Source: an uncultured Acidobacteriota bacterium (GTDB lineage: Bacteria; Acidobacteriota; Thermoanaerobaculia; Multivoradales; JAHEKO01). From it: a DNA stretch of 21,934 nucleotides. Below, piece by piece: positions 8,259-17,100 of this stretch. The number at the start of each line of letters is the position of its first letter. Positions within the stretch are counted from its first letter, which is position 1. The position numbers and the translations under genes are program-made. The notes under the pieces were generated by a model. It had not been told where the DNA came from. It was given only the letters and a program-made list of their open reading frames with translations, and ran no database searches. The stretch covers positions 1 through 21,934 of the forward strand of contig CAVQNG010000035.1 of the NCBI GenBank assembly GCA_963713825.1, written 5' to 3'.

Positions 8259-9829
8259 GCGGCTCGCGCCAGCGGCGTTCCCAAACTGATCCCCACTTTT
8301 GGGGTCCACTGAAACTGCCCCATAGCCCCGAGCTCGAACGCGCCGTCCTCGGTGGCCTGCAGCACGCACCCGATGTCGGAACGGCTTTATCGCGCCTTGA
8401 GGCGGACGATTTCGTTTCCGAGTGCCACCGGACCATCCTTCGCGCGATCGAGGCTCTCGCCGCGCAGGGGCGCCGAGCTGACCTACCCCAGCTGATCGAC
8501 ACGCTGGAGCAGGCGGGTGACCTGGTCGATGTTGGGGGACGGGCCTATGTCGCCAAGCTGGATCTCGATCTCGTTCCCTCCAATCTCGGCGGTTACATCG
8601 ACCGCCTGAAAGAGCTCCGCGCCCTCCGCGAAGCTGCGCTCTCGGCCGAGCGCTTCCTCGGTGCGCTGGGAGACTCGGTGCCGGCGAGGATCCCGGACGC
8701 TCTGGCGGCTCTCGAGGCTCAGTTTGGGAACGCTTCGGCTTCCGCTGCCTCAGCCGAGCCCAACCGGTTCAAGCGCCTGGCCGAAGTCAAGCCGGAATCG
8801 GTGGAATTCCTCTGGAAGCCCTACCTGCCTGTGGGGAAGCTCACGCTTCTCGAGGGCGACCCGGGCCAGGGCAAGAGCTACCTCGCGGCAGCGATCGCAG
8901 CTAGCGGGTCGCGCGGCCGCCATCTGCCGGGCTCGACATTCTTCGAGCCCTGGAGCACCCTGATCCTAACCGCGGAGGACGGCCTGGCCGACACTCTTCG
9001 ACCTCGGCTCGACCGGCTAGAAGCCGATGTCGACCGGATCTTCGGCGTCGAAGACCTCTTGGACTTGAGCACGCAGCAGGGCCTCGGCGTCCTCGAGCGA
9101 GCCATCTGCGAGCGGAAGCCACGTCTGGTGGTGATCGATCCTGTGGTCGCCTACGTCGGAGCCAGGACCGATCTCCACCGGGCGAACCAGGTTCGGGCTG
9201 TTCTCGGGCCCCTGGCGCGTCTCGCGGCGAAGACCCGCACGGCGGTCGTGGCGATCCGGCACTTGAACAAGTCCCAGGGCGCCCACTCCCTCTACCGTGG
9301 CCACGGATCGATCGACTTCACCGCGGCGGCCCGGAGCGTGCTCCTTGTCGGCTCGGACCCTGAGGACGCCGAGAGCCGGGTGGTCATTCACCTGAAAAGC
9401 AATCTGGCCCGCGTCGGCCGCTCGCTCGCCTACACGATTCGGCAAGGCGTCTTCGCCTGGTCTGGGTGGAGCCAGCTAACCGCGTGGGATCTCCTCCAGG
9501 ACGACCGGACCGCCGAGGAACGCACGGCAATCGGGGAGGCCAAGGACTTTCTGGTGGAGCTTCTCGCCGATGGACCGCAGGCCTCGAAGGACGTGCTCCA
9601 GGGGGCGAAGGCGGCCGGGGTGTCGGAGAAGACCCTCAGGCGAGCCAAGAGCCAGCTCAAGGTCAAGGTAAGGAAGACCGGGTTTCAGGGCACTTGGTGC
9701 TGGGCTCTCCCGGGCGCTGAGAGCTCGAAGGTGGCCACGGGACCCAAAGATGGCCAAGGAGGCCATAGGGGTACCTTTGGCCATCTTTGGGAAGACGGTG
9801 CGAGAACGGATGAAAATCGGCCCGGGTAG
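8255..9829 (+). CDS. DnaB N-terminal domain fused to RecA/AAA_25-type ATPase (element helicase)
   Basis: PHSPELERAVLG...DF...HRTI (DnaB_N); Walker A GDPGQGKS; Walker B LVVID; IRHLNK and GSIDF motifs. Confidence 0.88.
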   Translation: MSGSRQRRSQTDPHFWGPLKLPHSPELERAVLGGLQHAPDVGTALSRLEADDFVSECHRTILRAIEALAAQGRRADLPQLIDTLEQAGDLVDVGGRAYVAKLDLDLVPSNLGGYIDRLKELRALREAALSAERFLGALGDSVPARIPDALAALEAQFGNASASAASAEPNRFKRLAEVKPESVEFLWKPYLPVGKLTLLEGDPGQGKSYLAAAIAASGSRGRHLPGSTFFEPWSTLILTAEDGLADTLRPRLDRLEADVDRIFGVEDLLDLSTQQGLGVLERAICERKPRLVVIDPVVAYVGARTDLHRANQVRAVLGPLARLAAKTRTAVVAIRHLNKSQGAHSLYRGHGSIDFTAAARSVLLVGSDPEDAESRVVIHLKSNLARVGRSLAYTIRQGVFAWSGWSQLTAWDLLQDDRTAEERTAIGEAKDFLVELLADGPQASKDVLQGAKAAGVSEKTLRRAKSQLKVKVRKTGFQGTWCWALPGAESSKVATGPKDGQGGHRGTFGHLWEDGARTDENRPG

Positions 9830-10069
9830 CGAGGTTCGGTGGAGTGGGCGGGTGGTGGTCGCTGGGATGCCCGATGAAGGGTAACCCGGCTCGACGTGAA
9901 ATGAGCGGAACGGAAGACAGCGAGACTACGTAGTAAGACGCGTCATGTCGCCATGCAGAGGAGAGACCTGAATTGAGGAATCCGATGGTGGCGGTCTCCC
10001 CCAATCGGGAGATGCTTGGGTTGGCAAGACAACGACCCGGGCATCGAGCCCGAAAGGAGGAACACCGCC

Positions 10070-11107
10070 ATGGAACGATACATCGGTGTCGACGTCCACC
10101 GCGACAGCTCGACGATCTGTGTGCTGAGCGCTACCGGCAAGCGCGTGACCCAGGAGGTCGTGGCCACCAACGGGCATGCCCTGGTCAGCTCGGTGGGCAA
10201 GCTGCGGGGAACGCTGCACATTTGCATCGAAGAGAGTACCTGGAGCGAATGGCTCTACGAGATCCTCTCGCCACATGCGGCCCAGCTGGTGGTCTACCAG
10301 AACGAGTGGTCACCGGGAGCCAAGAGCGATGCAATCGATGCGCACGGCCTGGCCGAGAAGCTGCGCATCGGCCTGGCCGGACCCGGAGTGTTCAAGTCCC
10401 CAAGACGTTTCCGGCAGCTACGCGAGTGGGCCCGTGTCTATCGTGTGATGACTCAGGATGTCGCGCGGACCAAGAATCGGCTCAAGAGCCACCTGCGCCG
10501 CCGTGGGATTCACTGCTCAGGGAACAGCGTCTACGATCCCCAGCACCGAGACCCGTGGCTGGAGCAGTTGCCCGCGGCGATGCGAGCGCCGGCGAGACTC
10601 CTCGGACTCGAGCTCGACTCCGTGACCGCGCTGAGAGCCGAGGCCGAGCGGGCTCTGGTCAAGGAGTCGCACACGTATCGGATCTCGAGGGTGCTGGAGA
10701 CGGCTCCGGGCATCGGACCGATCCGGGCGGCGATGCTGATCGCGACCGTCATCACGCCGCACCGGTTTCGCAGCAAACGGCAATTCTGGAGCTACTGCGG
10801 TTTCGGAGTCGTCACGCGCAGCTCGGCCGACTGGGTGCAGACCGAAAGCGGCTGGATCAAGGCCCAGGCCGTCCAGACTCGAGGGCTCAATCGCAACCAC
10901 AATCCGACGCTCAAGGCGATCTTCAAGGGCGCGGCCATTACAGCCATTCATCAGACCAAGGCCGGTCATCCCTTGAAAGAGGCTTACAACCGGCTCCTGG
11001 AGGCCGGCACTCGCCCGCCCTTGGCCAGGCTGACGATTGCACGCAAGATCGCCGCAACCGTACTGGCCATGTGGAAGAACGAGGAGGTCTACCGAGCCAT
11101 GACCTAG
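10070..11107 (+). CDS. IS110-family transposase/recombinase
   Basis: DEDD RuvC-like domain (YIGVDVH, IEES, KSDAIDA); C-terminal PGIGP...RF...YCG...RSS; RBS aggagg. Confidence 0.95.
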   Translation: MERYIGVDVHRDSSTICVLSATGKRVTQEVVATNGHALVSSVGKLRGTLHICIEESTWSEWLYEILSPHAAQLVVYQNEWSPGAKSDAIDAHGLAEKLRIGLAGPGVFKSPRRFRQLREWARVYRVMTQDVARTKNRLKSHLRRRGIHCSGNSVYDPQHRDPWLEQLPAAMRAPARLLGLELDSVTALRAEAERALVKESHTYRISRVLETAPGIGPIRAAMLIATVITPHRFRSKRQFWSYCGFGVVTRSSADWVQTESGWIKAQAVQTRGLNRNHNPTLKAIFKGAAITAIHQTKAGHPLKEAYNRLLEAGTRPPLARLTIARKIAATVLAMWKNEEVYRAMT

Positions 11108-11194
11108 GCGCCCGACTCCCGACCGGAACGGACCGACAACCGCGACCGGCGGAGGCGGGCCTGGTGTCGAGGCGCCAAACGGCTCTCCGGCAAA

Positions 11195-11350
11195 AGGATT
11201 CGAGGGACAGCATCGACGCATTGCATGGCCCAGGACAAACCGTCCAAGGCACTCCAGCGAGACTATGCACCCTCACCGAACCGAACGAAGAGATGGCCCA
11301 CGAGGCCCGAATGCGAGCATGGTTCATCTGCCGCGAGACCAGAACAAAAC
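11195..11350 (+). ncRNA. Putative IS110 bridge/seek RNA in the 3' non-coding end
   Basis: Long non-coding end after tnp. Stem gaggg..gcat (11202-11213) / atgc.ccctc (11265-11274) encloses an internal loop and a ggac/gtcc hairpin. IS110 elements are known to encode such RNAs; limits are approximate. Confidence 0.5.
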
Positions 11351-11497
11351 TGTCTTCCAAGCCGGCGAGGCGATGGAGCCCGCCACGACCACCAACCCGA
11401 GCTCCCGGTAGCGATCCAGGTCCGTCGTCCACCCTGACGCTCGAAGTCCAGCGCCTCGAGCACACAGGATGGGTGTGGACAGCACTTCGCTTCCTAT

Positions 11498-11548
11498 GCG
11501 AGCAATGCTTTCGTAATACGCGACTCCGTCACGCATTCGAAAGCGCTC
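11498..11548. promoter_or_regulatory. oriT-like inverted repeat upstream of mobC
   Basis: gctttcg(t)aat ... attcgaaagc stem (11507-11544), about 60 bp before mobC; no clear nic site seen. Confidence 0.4.
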
Positions 11549-11606
11549 AGCCTTTTCGCACCGCTCCGCGGTGCTCAAGAGGCCCACTCAATGCGCATGG
11601 CTGCCC

Positions 11607-11915
11607 ATGAAGAAGGTACGCCAGCCTCGCTTCACTCTTGTGAAACCAGTCCGCTTTGCTCCCGAGGAGTGGGAGAAGATTCAAGTCCGCGCCTCTGAGG
11701 TTCGGCTACCACCCAGCACCTATGTCCGCCAGACGTCTCTGGGGTACCGTCTATCCGGGCGAATCAACGCGAGAGCCATCTGCGAGCTGGGCCGGATCGG
11801 CAACAACCTCAACCAGCTCGCGAGGCTCGCCAACACAACCGGCCGACTCGAACACAGCCAGCAACTCGAAGCCGTCCTCGACGAGCTCCTCGATGCCATA
11901 AGGCGCCTGGCCTGA
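11607..11915 (+). CDS. mobC: MobC relaxosome accessory protein (ribbon-helix-helix)
   Basis: VRF..EE...I..RA.......STYVR plus the signature ELGRIGNNLNQLAR; no relaxase follows. Confidence 0.9.
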   Translation: MKKVRQPRFTLVKPVRFAPEEWEKIQVRASEVRLPPSTYVRQTSLGYRLSGRINARAICELGRIGNNLNQLARLANTTGRLEHSQQLEAVLDELLDAIRRLA

Positions 11916-11918
11916 AGC
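11820..11918 (+). repeat. 99-bp direct repeat, copy 1 (mobC 3' end)
   Basis: 95/99 identical to 13151-13249. Confidence 0.95.
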
Positions 11919-11985
11919 GCGGGATCGTCCATCCAACTACCGAAGAAGGCAACTCTCACTGCTCGTCGTCACAGCTCTGTTTACC

Positions 11986-12014
11986 TTGCAGTTTGACCGG
12001 TCCTACACCATAAT
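11986..12014 (+). promoter_or_regulatory. Putative sigma70 promoter for module 2
   Basis: TTGCAG-17 bp-CATAAT upstream of RBS gggagg and ATG 12058. Confidence 0.45.
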
Positions 12015-12057
12015 TGCTACCAAGCACTTAGGACGCTTTGAAGGGAGGCTGCTGGTT

Positions 12058-12657
12058 ATGGCCAAATCTCGATTGAGAGCGCCACTGTTCCTAATCGCCG
12101 CGCTGATGGCCCAGTCGTCACCCAGCGCTCAGGCGAGTCCTCCAGAGCACTACTCGCTCAGCGGACGAGATGCTCCAACTTTCATGGTGCTGGGGAGCTT
12201 CATTAGCCTAGCAGCCGCTGCCTACCTGGCCGACGATCCGGAGCACTACACCGAATTCTGCGCGGAATTCGGCATCAAGTCAGAGTGGCCATCTGCCCGC
12301 AGTCTGGGCACGGCCTACCTGTTCATCGATGAGGAGTACAGGGTGCGGGTGGCGCAGGCCAACCAGACCTCCACATTCTCAGATTTCGAAGGTCGAGACC
12401 CAAATGAGTGGAAGAATGAGGCTCTGGGTCGGTCCTTTGGAGAGCTCTTCGAGGAGCTGCGGAGCGATGGCCTCAGGCGCGATCTAGAGGGATTCATCAT
12501 CTTGCTCGAGGCCCGACTTCGCGATGGCTTCACGGCATACAGCACCAACCCCTTCATTGAAGCGGATCTGTCCGACAAGGCCGACAAGTTCTGGACTGCA
12601 ATGGAAGGAGCAAGCGAGCAAGCACGAGAATACCGACTGGAAGGAGTGGAGCAGTGA
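12058..12657 (+). CDS. Secreted hypothetical protein, module partner A2 (paralog of 5571-6152)
   Basis: RBS gggagg; signal peptide ending SAQA; colinear similarity to A1. Confidence 0.85.
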   Translation: MAKSRLRAPLFLIAALMAQSSPSAQASPPEHYSLSGRDAPTFMVLGSFISLAAAAYLADDPEHYTEFCAEFGIKSEWPSARSLGTAYLFIDEEYRVRVAQANQTSTFSDFEGRDPNEWKNEALGRSFGELFEELRSDGLRRDLEGFIILLEARLRDGFTAYSTNPFIEADLSDKADKFWTAMEGASEQAREYRLEGVEQ

Positions 12658-13079
12658 GTCGACTATCAGTCTTTGGATTGATCGCCTTGCTGGCGATAAT
12701 CGGGGCTTCGCCTGTGGGGGCGCTGTCCTGGCAGGTCCAGTCTTTCGTCTTCGCCAGCGAGAAGCCTACGGGTCCCAACTCGTCGAAGGTCAACGCCAGG
12801 GGAACGCACCGACTCTCGATCGACACGGATCCCGGCGACTCAGGCAACGCCAACATCGTGAGGAGTGGTACGGAGCTACTCCAGGACTCGGACGAAATGG
12901 ACGACTGCGGGACATCGCTGCAGAGCTACCCCGCAACGACGTTTCATCAATGCACTACCGAGTACACCCAAGATCCGTGCGAGGACGCATCTTGGACCGC
13001 TGTGACAAAGGCCTGGATAAACGGCTCTACCGACACCGAATCGTCTGTTCCGAAGGATGTGACCTGCACCTGCACCTAG
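12654..13079 (+). CDS. Small secreted Cys-containing protein, module partner B2
   Basis: GTGA overlap with A2; signal peptide ending PVGA; CGT-x12-C-x8-CE and terminal CTCT. Confidence 0.85.
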   Translation: MSRLSVFGLIALLAIIGASPVGALSWQVQSFVFASEKPTGPNSSKVNARGTHRLSIDTDPGDSGNANIVRSGTELLQDSDEMDDCGTSLQSYPATTFHQCTTEYTQDPCEDASWTAVTKAWINGSTDTESSVPKDVTCTCT

Positions 13080-13150
13080 TCGCTGGATGGCAGTCTCAGG
13101 ACTGCACTGGTGATGGCGGAAGATCCGTCTATCTGGGAGGCACCTAACTG

Positions 13151-13249
13151 GCGAGGCTCGCCAACTCAACCGGCCGTCTCGAACACAGCCAGCAACTCGA
13201 AGCCGTCCTCGACGAGCTCCTTGATGCCATAAGACGCCTGGCCTGAAGC
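13151..13249 (+). repeat. 99-bp direct repeat, copy 2 (mobC 3' fragment)
   Basis: 95/99 identical to 11820-11918; includes the mobC stop codon. Confidence 0.95.
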
Positions 13250-13302
13250 TCGCAATCAGCTGCCCAGCACCTGCACCTCGCTCGACTCCACCTAAGGTTC
13301 CG

Positions 13303-13587
13303 CTAGCTCCCTTTCCTCGGTTGCTCGAGCCTCAGGTATTCCTCGAATACGCGGGAGATCGCTGCACTTCTCGAGGTCACGCTCAGCTTTCTGTAGAGCC
13401 GTTTGATGTGACTGTGAACGGTGTGCCGCGAGATCCCAATCTCTCTCGCGGTCCCTTTCTCTGTCCTTTTGTTGAGGAGACCACGGACAATCTCTTCTTC
13501 CCTCGGCGACAACCTGAGTCGCTGTGAGAGAAGTGACCAGACCCCATCCGACAAGAGCCGGTGCTTCCTACCAGGATCACCAGACAT
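13303..13587 (-). CDS. Stand-alone LuxR/GerE-type HTH regulator
   Basis: LSPREEEIV...TEKGTAREIGISRHTVHSHIKRLYRKLSVTSR; RBS aggag before ATG 13587; no receiver domain. Confidence 0.9.
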   Translation of the reverse strand: MSGDPGRKHRLLSDGVWSLLSQRLRLSPREEEIVRGLLNKRTEKGTAREIGISRHTVHSHIKRLYRKLSVTSRSAAISRVFEEYLRLEQPRKGS

Positions 13588-13850
13588 GCTGCTTTGTCTC
13601 CTGGGGGACCCAAACGTTACAGCTGATCTCCTCAGTCGGGGTTTCAGCTTGCCGGCGCCGGCCATGCGCGGGGGCGATCTCGGTCTCCTGGTCGGAGCTC
13701 GCGACCCTTCGATTCAGCGGGCCCTCACTATCAAAGTTGTCGCAGAAACCCGATCTCTGACGCAACTCTCACAGATCCGCCTATGCCCATGCGTTCACTT
13801 CACGGCTGGGCCGTGCGCCGTGGGCGTCAAGCGAAGCTCGATCTTGGTGT

Positions 13851-13895
13851 CCCCTAAATAGGTGACACCTAATTAGGTGACGCCTAAATAGGGGA
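13851..13895. promoter_or_regulatory. Three tandem 15-bp palindromic boxes (CCTAAWTAGG core)
   Basis: cccctaaataggtga / cacctaattaggtga / cgcctaaatagggga, between the divergent luxR and rhs genes. Confidence 0.75.
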
Positions 13896-14179
13896 ATTGA
13901 CTGAACCCATCTCCCAAGGGACGCTTCACTTGTCCGACTAGAGAACCGGGAGCTTTCGAGGCCATGCACCTGGACCATGGGGAATCTGGGGAAATGGAGG
14001 GGCCACTTTCACCGGCATCGAATCTTGAAACAGGGCGTTCGGCTGACCAATCGACTTTCATGTCGGCCGACAACACCCGTGGTCAGGGCGCTCTGATATC
14101 TCGAGCTCTCGCATCCGATGCGTTGCGCTTGTGTGGCCACCTGAACAGCCGATAGCTGGTCTTACAGGAGGAGGGATCC

Positions 14180-17100
14180 ATGACACGTTCCGCTTGCTCG
14201 AGGCTCACGAACAGAACACCTGCCGCTGCGCGAAAGCTGCTATTCCGACTTGCTGGAATTTGCCTCCTTCTGATCATTCCTGCTCGCCTGATCGCGCAAG
14301 TCTGTTCCCCGGAGGTCGGCTACAACATTGATCTCGCAGTCCGACCGGGGGCAATTTTTGAGGAGGAAAACTGTAGCCAGTACAGCATCTACTCACACTG
14401 CTATGAGGGCGAATTCTCGGCCCTACGTTACGAGGTCATTCCCTCCGAGTGCAATCCGGAAGATGAGACCTGTAGCGTCCGCGCTGTTCAGTCGATCGAT
14501 CTTCCTGGTCTCAGCCAGAACGACTTCGAGCCCTGCTGCACGCCAGCCCTGATCTTCTGGGAGAGCTCCGCAGGCGCAACCGTGGCTCGGTGCGGCTTTC
14601 AGTATGCGCAGATCCGTGACGATCTCGTGGACGCAAGAATCACAGGAGGTGGATTCAGCTGCTCTGAACCCGACGAGCTCGTCACCGCCGACACCTATAC
14701 GATCACAGCGATCACATGCCCGGAGGACGCATTTGGGTGCGACAAGACCGTCGAGACTTCGCTACCGTTCACAGGCGCGGCCGTAGCTGCGGCACTCTGT
14801 CCTCCACCGCCTCCCAAAGACGAGTGCTCCGACTGTGAAACTTGTCCTGCCGGGGACAGCGGCACAAGCGTTGCGGGCGGTGGTCCGAGTTTGACCCCGG
14901 ATCAGAGTGGCCCTGGCGCAACACTTCGCTATCGCGCTGGTGGCGTGGGACACCAGGGCTATCCCGGCTCGACAGAATGGACCAGCGCACTCGGCCGGTA
15001 CTGGTCCCATGACTACGCAGAGCGGATCGTTCCGGATCCCCAAACAGGTGACGAGACTCACGTATGGCTGATTACCAAGCATGGGAGCTTTCGAGAATTC
15101 CAGGACTTGGGAGTGGGCAATACCTATGACACCAACTCCCCCAGCGATGAGTATCGAACCCTCGAATGGCTGGGAGCTGGTCTTGGATGGGAGCTTCACG
15201 ACCTCGACGGCACCGTCCAGTCCTTCGACTCCAGTGGCCACTGGACTCAGACAGTTGACCGAAATGGAAACGCAACTGAGGCCCACTACGACGCCTTCGA
15301 TAGGCTCGAGTGGGTCGGCTTTCCTGACGAGCGGCGCGAGGATTTCACGTATCACACGAGTGGCAAGCTCGAGTCCATCACCGAGGTGGGAGTCGACGGC
15401 ACGACGATGCGTACCTGGCTCTACACGTGGGTGAGTGATGATCTGACGCGAATCGAGCGACCCGACGGCACCGCACTCGAGCTCTTCTACGAGGACCCGT
15501 CATTCCCAAGCTACCTGACGCGGATGGAACTTGTCGGTACATCTGGAGGACGCCGGATCGAGCGCGCCTGGAGCTACGATGGCGAGGGAAACGTCGAGAA
15601 AACCTGGCGCGGCGCCTTGAACTTCACCGACGAGGATGCCGTGGACCAGTGGAGCTTGGCATTCGACAATCCACAGTTCCCGACGGTCACTGAGCTCACC
15701 GATCCGCTCGGCGGTACTGCCACCTATACCCTGGAGCGGGACACAGCGAGCCTCAAGGCCAAGGTCATGACGATCTCCGGAGACTGCCCCTCTTGCAGTC
15801 TGGGCCCCAACTCACAGCTCTTCTATGAGGATCCAGATCATCCCCTGCTGGTTACCCGCAAGATCGACGGCAAGGGGAACGAGACCCACTTCACCTACAC
15901 GACCGAGGGTCAGGTGGAATCCAAGACGGAGGCGTTCGGCACCGCACTCCTCCGCACGACGGACTGGCAGTACGATTCCAACTTCCCGGCTCTTGTGACG
16001 CTCATCCGGGTTCCCTCCACTTCCGGCTCGAGCTACCGTGAGACGGCGATGAGCTATGACCCAGTCACCGGAGACATGGATTGGATGGAAGTCCGGGGTT
16101 TCGAGGAGCTCGACGGCCAGCCTCCCCTGGACTTCTTCGCGAACCGGACCCTTTACGACTACAACGATGCAGGCAGGTCGCTGACGATCGATCCGCCGGG
16201 TTTCGATCCCGCGCCTCCTGGTTTCGACACTGACGAGGTTGTCTTCACCTACGATTCCGACCGCGGGGACTTGATTCCAGAGACGCGAGCCGATCCCGAG
16301 GTCGGGATCACGTCGTTCGGCTACGATCCCTTCAATCGACGCACGGAAGTCACCGACCCCAACGGAGTCACCACGAAGACGACCTACGATGACCTCAATC
16401 GGGTGACCTCGGTCATTCAGGGCTTCGGCTCTGGCGACGAGTTGGTGACGAGCCACACGTACACCCAGTTCGGGGATCTCTTTCGTACCACTCTTCCCAG
16501 AGGCAACCTCATCGAGTACGGCTACGATGCCACCGGCCGCTTGGAGTCGATCGAGCGCAAGCCCGACGCCACGACCCCGGGTGAGAGGACCTTCTGGATC
16601 GTCGATAACGCTGGCAACCGGACGACGGAGAAGCTCCAGTCCTGGTCCGGCACCTGGCAGACTCAGTCCGAAACCGACTACCAGTACACATCGCGGTGTC
16701 AACTCGACAAGGTCATCCGCGCTCCGGGGACCGCCGAAGAGAGCGTGACGGAGTATGCCTACGACTGTAACGGCAACCTCGAGCAGGTCTGGGACGCGAA
16801 TCACCCCTCCGCCGGTCAGTCCGCGCCGGCCACTCAAACCTATTCCTACGACGAGCTGAACCGACTGAAATCTGTAACCCAGCCCTGGGAGGGTGGCGGA
16901 GACGCGACTACCACCTATGGCTACGACGTCCAAGACCACTTGACCTCGGCAACGGATGCGGAAGGCAACCTCACGACCTACACCTACAGCGACCGGGATC
17001 TTCTGACCAAGGAGATCTCGCCGGCATCCGGCACCACGACCTACACCTACAACGAGCATGGCGAGCTCCTGACCGAGACCGACCCACGAGGCATCACGAT

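Larger units (their letters stand above)
9923..11453 (+). mobile_element. IS110-family insertion sequence (boundaries tentative)
   Basis: Transposase with non-coding ends; candidate shared core CAGCG at 9918-9922 and 11449-11453. Confidence 0.6.

Noticed and set aside
9973-11610. 545-aa ORF overlapping the IS110 transposase
   Set aside because: Arg/Pro/Gly-rich off-frame shadow with no domain signal.
13851-13895. 15-bp repeats as a mini-CRISPR or iterons
   Set aside because: No spacers, palindromic, and far from repA; an operator fits better.
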